Assembly (NCBI RefSeq): GCF_001194135.2
Contig: NC_068981.1
Span: forward strand, 109,137,731-109,201,730
Source of the DNA: Octopus bimaculoides
Taxonomy: Eukaryota
Length of the DNA stretch: 64,000 nt
Reading direction: 5' to 3'
In this document: piece by piece, positions 1 through 13,800 of the stretch
Layout: every line of letters starts with the position of its first letter
Position numbering within the stretch: the stretch's first letter is position 1
Notes under the pieces: model-generated
Told to the model about the DNA's origin: nothing
The model's database searches: none
Seen by the model: the letters and a program-made list of their open reading frames with translations, nothing else
Position numbers and translations under genes: made by a program

Positions 1-24
1 TATATATATAGAAATATATATATG

Positions 25-56
<32 letters not shown>

Positions 57-615
57 TATTAGTTTACAGCTCTGTTATGGGTATGATGGATAAAGAAAAG
101 TACTCCATCCAGTGATAGATAAATGTTTAATATACACAAAAGAGCTATTAATAGTTTTATGCTTTAAAGATACATGGCATGCTATATAAATCAGCCAAAT
201 TATTATATCTCTAAAGCATGAAACTATTAGTAGCTCTTTTGTAAATTGTGAGTGTATGTGTATGTTTTTCACACGCACACACACACAAAATCATTGAACT
301 TTCAGGACCAGCAAACATCTTTTAAATAAACATTTCCCTTTAGAGTTCCTAGCTGTAAGGGTAAAATAGTAACAGTCAGGTAATATGGAAAACGTTTCAA
401 AATTGTTCAAAATAGGATAAGCAATACATAAACTTATGTATATTACCATATGATATCCTGCTCTATTTTTGCTTCACTTTACTATTTATTTGTTGTGTAC
501 ATCTTTTTTACACTAATTGGTATTGCATAAAAAATTATATATCTCAAGCAAGGTAAATTATATTACAGCTGCTTAAATAGTATTAATCAGTATTTACTAG
601 AGCTTTATAGGAATA

Positions 616-1566
616 GTAGCAGAGGCACCCAGCGTTGCTCAGGAGTGAAATTGTTGCTTATATACTTGAAGAAAAAAAGGCAAAATATGCTGTATAGAAA
701 TTTGAGGACATTCTGTAGATGGACTCTCAGATGAATGATGGCTGGTCGCCTCTCATGAATGGGGAAAATTGAAGATGTGCCAAAAAGCCTCATTGGTACT
801 TGGAAACTTTTACGAAAATTAAAATGGGGATTAAATGAAAAAAATGATTTACGTGAATATCCTCACAAGAGTAATTGAAATAAATGGCGATTGTGGAACC
901 CCCCACGCACGCACGCATGCGCGTGCGCATACACACGTGTGTCTTTGTAAATATGTTTGTATACATTTATGTATGTGTGTGTTTGTAAGAGACAGAGTGT
1001 GAGTGAGAGAGAGAGGTTTGTTGTCATGTATACGTTCATGCATAAATATACATACCTCTTTGGATGTATGCATATGACAACAGAGCCCTTGACTCACTCA
1101 CACTCTCTCTCTTACAAACACGCACGCACGCGCATACACACGTTTGTCTTTGTAAATATGTTTGTATACATTTATGTATGTGTGTGTTTGTAATTGACAG
1201 AGTGTGAGTGAGTCAAGGGGTGTGTGTGTGTGTGTGCGTGTGTATGTGTGAGACAGAGTGAGAGAGCGGTGTGTATGTAGTATTTACTCTCTCTCTCTCA
1301 TACACACGAACACATAAAATAGAGAGTGAAGCTTTTTGCCATTGTTACGTCAATACCGGAAGTTGACATTGAGGAAGCTTTTTAAAGAAGTGAATCTTAA
1401 ATATAAAGCAATATTATTTATTTTTAATTTTAAAAAGTCAAATGAAGAGCCTAACATTTATCTGAGGTCAAATTATTCATGCATCACAAGTATGAAAGCA
1501 TTTGGTGAAGTCGATTTCACGTGAAAAGCGATTACACACACATCTCTGTTTTATATATAGTATAGA
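616..1566 (-). mobile_element. Non-autonomous Helitron-like element
   Basis: Minus strand begins TCTATACTATATAAAA (1566) and ends with a degenerate hairpin CCTGAGCAACGCTGGG then CTCTGCTA(C)T (~616); internal ~100-bp tandem duplication with CA/GT microsatellites. Confidence 0.6.
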
Positions 1567-1767
1567 TAATAAAAGTGAAGCACAAGACAGTTTTTATCCA
1601 AGAGAGGTGTTCTTCCAGGAACATGGAGAATATACAACTTATAATTCTAAAAGCCTGACAGAATAAGGGAAAATAAGCTTTAGGGTTTACAGTGCGAATG
1701 CTGATCAGTCTTTATTGCTAACAATAATCATAAGAATCTAAAAGAAATAGAAAGATTGTATACTCAC

Positions 1768-1851
1768 TCAGGATGAGGGTTCTGGTGATCATCAAGGAAG
1801 AAAAGACAAGAAAGGGGCTGTCCTCCATGAGGTGACCACTCATGGAGTCTT
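1768..1851 (-). CDS. EDC4: EDC4 coding exon 9
   Basis: RRLHEWSPHGGQPLSCLFFLDDHQNPHP; tttcag acceptor, GA|GTGAGT donor; frame differs from the ORF-track ORF 1718-1963. Confidence 0.92.
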
Positions 1852-4800
1852 CTGAAATTACAGGAATTACTAGTTTCATGTTTAAAACATATATAACTTT
1901 ATAACACCAAAATTTAACATATTCAACTGAGTCACTAAACCAATGTTTGTTAGTAAGAGACACCTACAATGAGTACTAAAAATATTACTCAAATTTTTTG
2001 AACAAATAATTATAATACAAAATTAAATTGAATTTTTTTTTAAAAGTGAACATATTTAAATAGCATTCAAAGAAAACTTGGTATATCAACAATATATCTG
2101 AACTAAGAGTATGTTATATTCTAAGCGCATAAAAATTTAATATTTCTTTGAGACATCTGATGATAAATGTTGTTGAAGATGTTTAATAACATATACTAAA
2201 CATTCATTGAAGGGTATTGAATAGCTAATCGTTTCAAGAAATTAGAACAATCAACAAAAACAATGCCAGACCCAATTTTCCAGTGTTAAGCAAACCTCCA
2301 CTAAACAGGTTACTAAATAAAAATTTATTACAGCTTTCTAACACTATATTAACTGAGTCAATGTAGCTGCTCTATTCGGCAGATCTGAATTATACAAGTT
2401 ACAAACAATAACTTAATACATTTTACCTTTTCATAAATAGATAATTATCCTAGATAAAAAGAAAACATTAATAATTCTTACCTGGGAGATGGACCTTCAT
2501 TCATGGTGATCTGGAAAAATTTAACCATGCCATCCATACTGGCTGTAGCAAGTGCTGATCCATCAGGTGAAAATGCTGCATCTGCAATAGGCTTTGTATG
2601 ACTGTTGATTCGCAGCACACCACAAGTTACTTCGTTAGATATTACACTATCTGTGCCATATTTTTGGCATACCATGTCTACATTCCATATTTCAGCCTAA
2701 AGGAAAGACAAACAATTTAGATAAAAAATTTTAAATCTACTCTTCTACTTCAATTTAACAAAACTGAAGTTTAATGTTCATAATTGAATCATGATCAGTA
2801 AATTATAGAAGTTACATGCATGAATTTGGCTTGGGTTTTACTCATCTCTTACATCACCACAGATTGTGCTGAAGGATGCCTCTCTCTGAACAACCTATCA
2901 ATTAAGCTGTACCACTAAGATTCATTTTTCTCCTTCACCTTCTTCCTTATAGACATCAATTATAAGCTTGCCATCATCACCAACAAACTCCACTCTTTTA
3001 CACAAATAATACAACTGTTCATTCTCCACCAATCTTCCACACTCAAGCATCAACAAAATGCAGCCAAGGCACCTCAAAACCACATCCACACGAATTATAG
3101 TTTGTCTCCTTCCAAAGCACAAAGACACAATCACTGCACACACCAAGAAAACATTATCACATTCCATCCGTCCTAAATATGAACAATACAAAACTAAAAC
3201 CCTTCAAGCATACCTATATATATATAAAACTTCTTGTCTCCCTGTCTGTTCCCTATGCATTCTCAAATGGCTCGATCAAATCATATCAAATTTTACACCC
3301 CACAAGTGTCAACATGTAATTTTTTTTCATTTTGTTTAAAACAGTATATAGAGATAATCTTTCTATAGTCAACTATACTACAGGACATTTTATACCATGA
3401 CAACAATCAAATCACATTTTGTATGAGTGTGTATGTGTGTGAGTGTTTCTGCATTAGATATGTTGAACACACACACAGCTACACATACGTATACATATGT
3501 GGCAACTAACAAGCATTCTTTGTCTGACTGTTCCCTATGCATTTCCAAACAGCTCAACCATGATGTCACATTTTGTATATGAGTATGTGTCTGTGAGTAT
3601 ATGTAAGTGTATGAGTGTCGATGAGTGTATGTATTTCCACGTTAGATATGTTATTAACCCTTTCGTTACTAACCCGGCAGTAGCCGGCCCAAAAAGTTTT
3701 TGGTTCGTAAGACCAACCCAGCCATAGCTGGCCAAGAGTACCCATCGTTATTTAAATGTAAATTTGAACCCAAATCTCATTTGTACATTCGTTAAAACAC
3801 AAGATTCCACTTTGTAAACAGTTGAGTTATTGTATCCAACATTGTTTAGCGTGAGATTTGAACTCAGTGAATTTTAGAAGATTTTTTTTCCACATTTTTT
3901 CAGCGTTCATTTTTTTCAACTTTGAAAATAGAAAGGAGTTTCATGCTATCAAGCAGTGATTCCGAATTTGAAGGCTTTTCAACGGAAGATATGGAGATAT
4001 CGAGGAAAAGAATGAATGAGGTACAAAAGCACATGGTGGACGAAAATGAATCAGATATTTCTGTATCCGAAAACAAATGCAGCAATTCTGAAGAAACTGA
4101 AAGCAGCGACAGCAACATCAACAGCGAGGATGATTTTACATCAGAATGGAGTAAAAATATTTTTAATGTTTTTATTAACAATTTTTCTGAGGAGACAGGG
4201 TCTACCCATCCTCTTTCTCAGGAAGCGAAACCATTAGACTTTTCCTTCTTATTTTTTCCAGCATGCTCATTTGAAGCAATCACTGCGGAAACAAACCGTT
4301 ATGCAGAATGTAAACAAGCTGGAAAAAAAGATAGCTTGTGGCTTCCCACAACCGTAGATAAAATACAGGCACTTTTTGCCATAAATATTATTATGGGTAT
4401 TAGACAGAATTACAAATTACTGGAGCAATCACGGACCTTTTGGTGATCAGCATGTTTCCAGTATTATGACCCAAATACGATTTGTGAAACTGAACCAGTC
4501 TTTACATGTGAGAGACACTAGCAGTACTCCAGTACGTGGAGAACCAAACTTTGACCCCTTATTTAAAATAAGACCCCTCATCGACTACATTCAAAATGCA
4601 TATAAAACATTTTACAACCCTGAGAGATACGTATCTGTCAATGAGGGCATGGTGGGGTATAAAGGAAGTGTACGCTTCCGACAGTATATGCCAGGAAAGC
4701 CCACGAAATAAGGGATCAAAGTTTGGAAAATTTGTGAGGCAAATACTGGGTACTGCTGTGGATTTAGCTTTTATACAGGAAAAAGAGACAATAATGTTAG

Positions 4801-7800
4801 TCAGCATGGCCTAGGGTACGATGTGGTCTGGATTTTATCACTTCCATACCATAACCAGGGCCGTATATTATTTTTTGACCAATTTTTTAGTTCGGTCAAA
4901 CTTGCGGTGGATTTAGAAACTGTGGCAATGTAAAGTGTGCTACAGTAATTGCTAGTAGAAAAGGGCTGTTGTTGGATATAAAAAAAGCAAAATTTTTTTT
5001 AAAAGTGGTAAAATAATTCAATGGCAGAAAGGAAATCTGCTAGCAACCACATAGATAAGAGGCAGATAAATTTTCTATCTATCAGTGCACAACCACGTGT
5101 AGATGAAAATGGCACCCTGTTTTTGAACTTTGATTATAACCAGTACATGGGCAGTGTGGATCGGCTGAACCAGATGATGAGTTATTATTTGGTTGGTAGA
5201 CCGGGTAAATAAATGGTGGCGATACCTGGTTTGGTATATAGTAAACATGAGCATTGTAAATGCATTCACATTATATACCAAATCAGGAGGGGTTCGCAAG
5301 CGGTGCGACCATCTGCAGTTCCGAGCAGATGTTGCAACTCAGTTGAGGGCAGGTTATTCTTCCAAAAAAATAACTGCAGGAAGGAAAAGCAAAGCCTGCC
5401 AGAGAAATATCCCTCTGAGTTCAGCTGATCTACATAAATTAGAAAAGAATGTTATATTTTCAATGCTTCACTTTCCCCGTATCACCTGTTTCAACAAAAC
5501 TGTAATATATATACAAGCTATGCCATTTTAATCCCAAGCAATGTGGGGTATCTCTGCTAGTTACAAAAATTAGAACTCATTACCACCAAATATCTTTTCT
5601 GGCAAAATATCATCCCTAATATAGCCAATACTGCATTACAAAAACTACCCTCCCTCTTCAGAAGACTGAAAATACATTAGCCCATAAAAACTACTACCTC
5701 TCAAGAAAACTCCAATGGGATCCACAATAGCATGCTACTTTGATACATGAGATGGTACACACAAATACCACTTCTAAAGAAAGATCGCTCAACTAATAGA
5801 TATGTAATCACAATCCTAGTAACTTCTGACACACAGACATGCTGACCCCTCTCGGTCTTTTCCTTTTTTACCTGAATGGTACATGCTCTTCAGAGCTGGC
5901 TCATACCACCTCCACTCAAACACTCCTCACCTTTATCATGTGCACCCTTATCAATCTCAGGTCCCACACTAAACACTCAATCTTTCCTCTTTCCACCACA
6001 GAACACTGCTCTCTGGAATTCACTGCCTACACATTTCATCTACAGTCATTGATTTGTAAATTTTCAAAAACATTAACTGCATTAATTTCAATTATCTCAG
6101 AGGACCTGTGAAGACTCAATGCAGCCTCTTCCTCCAGACCACAAAAATTTTTTTTAAAAGTCCAGTTGCTCAAATCGTAAATAGTACTTCCTTTTTAATT
6201 TCAAAAATAAAATTACATATTTAACATTTAAGAACAAAAATTTTAAATTAGTTAAAATAATGCTGGATGTAGTAAAATAATATTTCTTAACCTTTTCTCC
6301 ATGAGTGATAAGAAGCATCTTAGAAAAAGAATTATCCTGAGAAGTATCATCTTCAGATTCATCAGGAATGTATGGACACCAGAAGACTCTGTGAAATTCA
6401 GACTGATTATCATTGTAAGAGACAATGTTCAGCAATAATTTTGATCTAAACACAGTTTAAGGGAAATGTATTCAATTGTTAACAAGCCTTTCACCCACTT
6501 AGTATCATGGGAAAAGGAATTAAAGTGACAACAAATTGACTGAATAATAATTATACCTTTTTACAACAAAAAAAAATGGCTCCTTATAGTTTCAGAACTA
6601 TGGATGAGATTCTTCTTGAAAAATAAAAAATAAAAAAAACGAAAATCGTCATTAACATCGGTGATACCTATTTCTATCTAAACATTTGAAACTACATGCT
6701 GAAGTTACATAGAGGGCAATACATATCAAACTGTTCCCAAATTAACATATTTAATTAAAAAAAAAGATTTCTATACATAAATGATAACTATTAATATTTC
6801 TCAATATCCTCAGGATACACTTGGGAAAAAAAAGATATCTTAAAAGAAAAAGTGTCATCATGGTAGTGTCAAGATGTTTTGAAAGCAATAGATTATAATC
6901 GAGAGTAACTTGAGATGTGGAATATCTTGTTTAACGTGTTATTTTAATGGTGAAATATCACTAAATTTTAAATCATTTAAACTTTGAAAACGCCTGAGTT
7001 CATAAAAATTCAAGGGCAATAAATATTGAGGAATTTTTATTATCATAAATGCTATTATCTCCCTTATTCTCAACTTTGTGTCTCGATAGAACCTAAAGTT
7101 TCCATTTACATATTAAAACATTGAGAAAGCCCAACTCCAGAATTCTCTTTGTTTTTCATACAATAAAAGGCTTCATATTAATGCAATCATTACAACCAAA
7201 CAAGTAAACAGGTTTCAAAAGGATACTGAATTTTGCCCTCTGAGGCTCCAGTAATTTGATGTATATAAAGGTTTCCCATTTCATCAATAGCTGCAAGCAA
7301 TATCTTATCAGTGAAAGCAAAAGCCAAGTCAGTCACACGTCCACAGAAATCTTTTAATAATGTCCTGTCAGCAGTTTTCCGATTAAGTATGCGTACATTA
7401 GCACCAGATTTACCTGTATACATATAAAAAGTGCTTCTATTTTCAATATAAAAAAAAACATGATTAGGCATTAACATATAAAATGGTTTTTTTTTTATTT
7501 ATTTACATAAAAATGAAAGTAGAAGGTTAATCACAACAATATAGATTTTTTCAAAAGATTGTGCCACACAATCAATTGTTAGAATCGTAGTCATCACTTA
7601 AATGAACAGAGGAGTATTACAATTCATGTTAGAACAACATCAGAGTTATTAATTTCAGAACCATTACTAAAAACAACTTGGCTTTCATCCCTCAATAAAA
7701 TAAGTTCCAGCAATTATATAGAAATAGTAGTGTGTACATGGTGATAGCAGTGCATTTGCCTTCACTGATGTCAAAAACCATATGCTACCATAAGAGGTTG

Positions 7801-10800
7801 AATGAAATTACATGGGAGAAGGAGGGCCTACCTCAAGTGCAGCCAACTAAGAGAAGGCAGCTGAGCAATGAAGAGATAGTTGCTGAGATGCTGAAAATAA
7901 CTGATGAGATAGGTCAATCACATAGTCAATCAGGTAGTACAGTGAAGTGTATCTAATGGTTGACATACTTACATCATTGTCAATTGCTACAAAAACAAAG
8001 GAGAAACAAAAGAGCAATAACAAAAGTATCAAATTGATGGACCAGATTATGAAAGCTATTGAGTTAGCATAACTGATTAGAAAGAGAATTAACCTAGCCA
8101 AGATACAGATCAGATTTATGCCAGGAAAGAGTACCACTGACAGCTCTTCTTAATGAGACAAGTTAGCTAAGAGACACACTACTTAATATTAATAAACCAG
8201 GATAAAGCCTTTGAAAAGGTTTTACACTATAATCTGGTAGACTCTAAGAAAATTCGGTGTAGATAAATAGCTTGTGATAATCATGCAAGTCAAGTAGAGA
8301 GATGTTGTAGGCAAGGTGAGAGTTATGAGTTGAGCAAGGAATTTAGCAATCAGGAATGACTCAATTAAAACTGAGTTCTCAGCTCACTTCTGTTTTATTC
8401 TAGTCCTCCAAGCCCACAAGGCTCCCTAAAATTGATAGCTTCAGTTATTAGGTAGCCTAAATAGTAGTAAAAGTGTATGCTCCCCAAAGTATAGTTGCCA
8501 GAATAAGAACAGGATAGAAAAGTTCAGAGAACAATTACCCCTGCTGGAACAAAGGGTTTCACATTCAGAGCAAAGAGAAATCTGTAAGAAACTTGTTTAT
8601 GAAATCTGCTGCTGTATGGTAGCAAAACATGGACATACAAAATATGCAAAAGAAAAAAATAAAGCAAAGGTATGCTATGATGTAATGTTAGTGTACATGA
8701 GCAATAGAGCATAATAAATAAACTGAGAAAAACTGGATATGAGACAAACCAGATATAGTCTGAAAGAGAGAAGACTGTGGTGACATGAGCATGCCATGTG
8801 TATATTGGATGTCAGCTGTGTAAAAATGTGTCAAGTACTCCAAATGGAGAAAACTTTTGGAAAAGGGAAATGAAGAAAGGAATGAGAAGAAATAGCAAAA
8901 GCAGATGTCAAAAGGCTAAAGATCTTTTGTGCTGGAGAAGACAAGCCAATCCACACAAACTTCTTTGAAAATCAAACAAAAATCAAAGCAACGATGGCAG
9001 ATGGGATGCTTAATATCTACATTTGGGTCTCATTCACCAATAACACCATCTCTCCTATCCTGCTGCTTGCATGACAGATGACAATGTATTCAATCTTCAA
9101 TCCTAACCCATTACCCTGATTTATCTCTATTGCTATCCATTATTCTTTCTCTCTCGTTTCCACCTTTATCACCTCAAGTAGATCATTCACTGACACCTAT
9201 CACTCACTTCTGCTTTCATTACTCCCTCTTTCATCACCAAGCCACCAAGTAGCTGTCGTTCATTCTATCTTTTATTACTCTCTCTTGCACAGAGCACTCT
9301 CATTGTTTCACCTATAACACCCTCTTGGTTATGTTTTCTATTCAATATCTTATGAACCATTATGTACTTGTCTCTTAACCATGTTTCAATTCCCTCACCA
9401 ACAACCATCATGTAACCATTCTCTCTCATACACAAACACACATTACATTCTTTTCTAATCACACTCCCACTATGGCTCCCTTCCTTTACATTCTCTAGCA
9501 CTCTATTTTCTTCCTACAGTGCTCTCTCTTTATAAGGCGTCTCGCTATACCACGTCCCCACATATAACGCAGGTGGTTTGAATGGACCCCAAATAATTTG
9601 AAGTATACATCAGTTTTGGATGCTATTACTGAAGAATAGAAGTTCAATACTCACTAGATTTGTTTTATTAAGCATCCAATCCAGCACTGCTCTAAAAATT
9701 ATACTTTGCTTATTTCTAAACTCTATCAGTCTCTCTCACTACAGGTAATTTATATTTTAATCATTTAAAAAGCCTGTCTATTTTGTTTTTTCTCCTCTAC
9801 TTTTAGCCATTTAGGTGCTAGAACCAGTTTTTCAATACCCTTGCTCAAACTGAACTTGTAAAATGTTTTGAAACAGATATACCACTATTAGTGCTGAAGC
9901 CCCAACATTCATAAGAGTACACTTCATATTTGAAACAAAGAAGACCCTCACCTCGAAGGCAATAAGCAACAAACACACCATTTCTGTGAACAGCAACAAG
10001 GTTGCCTAAATATTTCCGAGCTTCCCACTCAAATTTCACAACTGTTGTTGTTTTCACCTAAAAATTATAAAAATAAAGAAAAAAGAAAAAAGTATTTAAT
10101 GTGAAGTAAGTTTCTAAATGCTTAAAATTCCTATTCAGTTATTTTCATCAATTTTATATATAAGAAATCAGGTTTTACTTTTTTTCCCTCATTACATATT
10201 GTCCTCAGTTCACAATGTAAATTCAATTTAAATGAGAGTAATATCTTAGCCTGTTAATCTAAGATGTTCACTTAAGTTCAAATTATGGCATTTAGAACTG
10301 ATAAAATACAATCAACTTGGCAAACTGATTAAACTGGCTACATTTTAAGTGATCAGAATGGACAAGTAACAACAAATAAATTTACAAAAAATTAAGTTTT
10401 GGTAAAATATTCAAATATTATTCATGTTCAAGTAAACCTAAAAACTTTAACAATAATTTGACAGTCTTTCATTAAAGGCTATCAAATCATTTTAGTCATT
10501 TAAAAAATTATGGTAAAAGAAATCTATTAAGTAAATACCAAATTTGGAATAGAATTTTAACTAGAACAGGTAAAATGTCTTTATAACATTAAACACAATT
10601 TACTGGATTCAAATGGCTTCATATACAAATTAAAAAGCTTAAGAAGAACCAATTGAAAGAGGAATTTATTAATTCCATTTGTTTTTAAATGAAAAAGTAA
10701 AAAAACACTTTAGTTCTTGAAATGAATACTGTACTCTCTATTATTACACGCAACATAAAAATAGTTTATAAAACCAACTACTATCACAATAGATTTGCAC

Positions 10801-13800
10801 TCAAAAGATACAATTCTTAAAATTTGTTCCAATATAAAAGAATAAATTCATTTTTTACAAGTCATACAAAAGGAATTACCTTGTTGCTCCCAGCTTGGTT
10901 TTCTGGATTGCTACTCAATCTGCTAGTAATAACCTCCACTTCTTTACTCTTGACACTGAAGGTATTAGCACGATCATTTCCCTCAAGAATTCTGTAATAG
11001 CAAAGTCAACATTCAATGATTCTTCAGGCTGTATTATTTTGATATAAGTCAAGATATAAACTCCATCACTTTAGATTCTAAACAATATACATTTAACATC
11101 ACACAAATATCTTTATTTGAATAAATACTTTAAATAACAATAATTTCACTGTACCAAAAGATTAAACTTCATGTTTTTTTTCCTACATGTTTGTATTTAA
11201 TATAATATTCATGCACCCAAATGTCAATCTGTATATTGAGCTATAACTTGGCATTTCTTTTCAGACTAAAGTATTCATGAATTGAAAAAATTTATATAAT
11301 AGAAGTTCATAAAGTTGTGCTTACATTCTCTGAGTGTTATTAGAACTTCGGTAACCAAAAATGGCAGCAGGTTGTGCTAAATGGCTAAATAATAAAAAAA
11401 ACAATTGCAATTATAATAAAATATGTATTATAAATATACATGCAAGATTATCACTAATAAACTGATAAAATTATATTTAACAAAATGTTTTGAACCAATG
11501 AGTAACTGAACTAGAAGTTTGAAAGAAATTGCTGTAAACCACAAACTGGAATTGTGGATCCCACAAGGTTCCAGCCGGATGAGGCATGGTGGTGGAATGG
11601 TACAGCAGTTAGAGCCATGAAAGAATGGAAAGATTGAAAAAGAAAGCAAAGAACAATATCAGTTACATGGAAGAGAAGTTATAGATAGTAAAGAGAAACA
11701 TTAAAAGTAGTATGCCGATGTTCTGTGATGAGAGAACCAGAGATGCAAGGTGTTCTTGAATATAAAGCAGTGTATCAAAGCAAATCCAGATATTGTTGGG
11801 GAAAAATATTTATGGAATTATGATGCCTCACTTGCCTTCACTGATTCTAAGAGTAATGGAAATATTACCATGAAAGGTTGCTGAATGAGAAGAATATATG
11901 GAAGAAAGATAAACTGTCTCAAATAAACCATACTGAGAGACTTGCTAATGAAGTTGGTAACTACACAGTTGAAAGAACAATTAAGAATGCAAAGGAAGGA
12001 ACAAGCAAGTGGACCATTAAAAACAATCACTATGATGCTGAAAATATCTGACAAACTAATACAGGGAGGTGTCATTCACAATCACTGGTATAATAGTATC
12101 ATTGACTACTACAAGAGCAAGAGATACCCTAGTTAGAAGCAAGTGGAAGGGTACCCACAATATCCTTTTCCAAGTGAGATAAGTATGCAAGTTCTTGCCT
12201 AAGATCAAACCAATACATCTAGTATTTGTTATCCTAGAGAAAGCCTTTATAGAATACCTTGCTCTGTAGTTTTGTGGTGACAGAATGAGACTAAATGAAA
12301 CGGCATAAGAGCCATGAAAATGACATTAAGATAAACTTTTAGAAAAGTAAGAGTTAAAGGAACTCAGTGTACACATAGGTATCCAGAATTCAGTTCTCAA
12401 CTCTTTTTTCATTATTGTTCTCTAGGCCATAACAGAGGGATTTAAGACAAGCAATTGGAAAAACTATCAGCTGATGACCTAGGCTTCATATCTGAGTCAG
12501 CCAAAGAATTAAAGAAATTTCAAATGTGACACCAAAACCTAGAATCAAAAGGCCTGAAAATAAACATAGAAATGACAAAAGTTTTAGTTAGCAAGAAAGA
12601 AAATAAGGCTTTACTGTATCAGAGAGGTGACAATACTCAATAAGTCAGCTGCCAGTACGCGATTTGTTTCCAGAAAAGACAGAAACATTATAAAATGCTT
12701 ATGCAATATTGTATTATTTGTTTACAAAATAAATATAAGATAACAAAATGTCAACTTTTATTATATATTATATATTATGTCATAGCTGTGGCCAGTGCCC
12801 CCTGACTGGCTCCTGTCCTGATGGCACGTAAAAAGCACCATCCAAATGTGGCCGATGCCAGTACTCGCTGACTAGCCCCTGTACCGGTGGCACATAAAAA
12901 GCACCATCCGAACGTTGATTGATGCCAGGCCCATCTGACTGGCTCTTGTGCTGGTAGCACGTAAAATGCACCCACTACACTCTCAGAGTGGTTGGCATTA
13001 GGAAGGGCATCCAGCTGTAGAAACACTGCCAGATCAAATTGGAGCCTGGTGCAACCGCTAGCTATCCAGACCTCAGTCAAACCGTCCAACCCATGTCACC
13101 ATGGAAAACTGACATTAAACGATGATGATGATGATTATATATATTGTTTCCAGTATAAATTAATATTACTAAGAAATATTACCAGTCCCTGGCACATTGG
13201 GAAAAAAACTGCCAGTAAGCCACATCAGATAGTTGATGAAGCACTGCTGTAAACAACATAAATTGTGGCTGCACATGAAGTGTAGTAGTAACACAAGCAA
13301 GTCAACAAAGGAAGACTTCATATGTAGCAGATGCCCAGGAGTAGTTAGCAGTAGAAGCATCCATGAAATATATTCCTTATACCAGGAAAGCTCCTTAGAA
13401 GTCGATAGCTTCTGTTACTTCAACACACTGATTCGTAAGGGAAGTGGGTGTTCTGAGAGCACAAGAAGGCCAACAAAGAAACAGGGCTTCATATATAATA
13501 GATGCACAGGAGTAGTTAACATGAGAACACATAATATAAATTCTTTCAAATGGTCAGATCTTGTTACTAAGAGGACTTAACAGGGGAAGAGGATGTTCTA
13601 AAAGTATAGTTAACCAAAAGAAAGATGAGATGGACAAAGTTTAGAAAGCTATTACCACTGTTGGAAAAAAGGATTCTCTCTCTCAATGAAGATCAGAGTG
13701 TATGATGCGTATGTACAAAATATGATGCTGCATAGTAGCAAAACATGTCAATTTTTTTAATTGATTGCATAATGTTCCTTTTATAACTAATGAATTTTAA

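Noticed and set aside
849-1193. ORFs rich in C/V/H/T on both strands
   Set aside because: Translations of CA/GT microsatellites inside the Helitron-like repeat; no splice or homology support.
1852-1963. Upstream acceptor at 1963 giving R-C-L, which mimics the conserved EDC4 RCLHEW
   Set aside because: The frame hits TAA after 27 codons with no further similarity; the exon from 1851 matches over its whole length.
3922-5531. Possible domesticated PGBD gene
   Set aside because: Multiple stops and frameshifts, an intact left TIR and a second genomic copy indicate a dead transposon.
12800-12975. Repeat-spacer pattern resembling a CRISPR array
   Set aside because: Eukaryotic context, degenerate units, similar inter-unit sequence, and part of an RTE 3' UTR; no cas genes.
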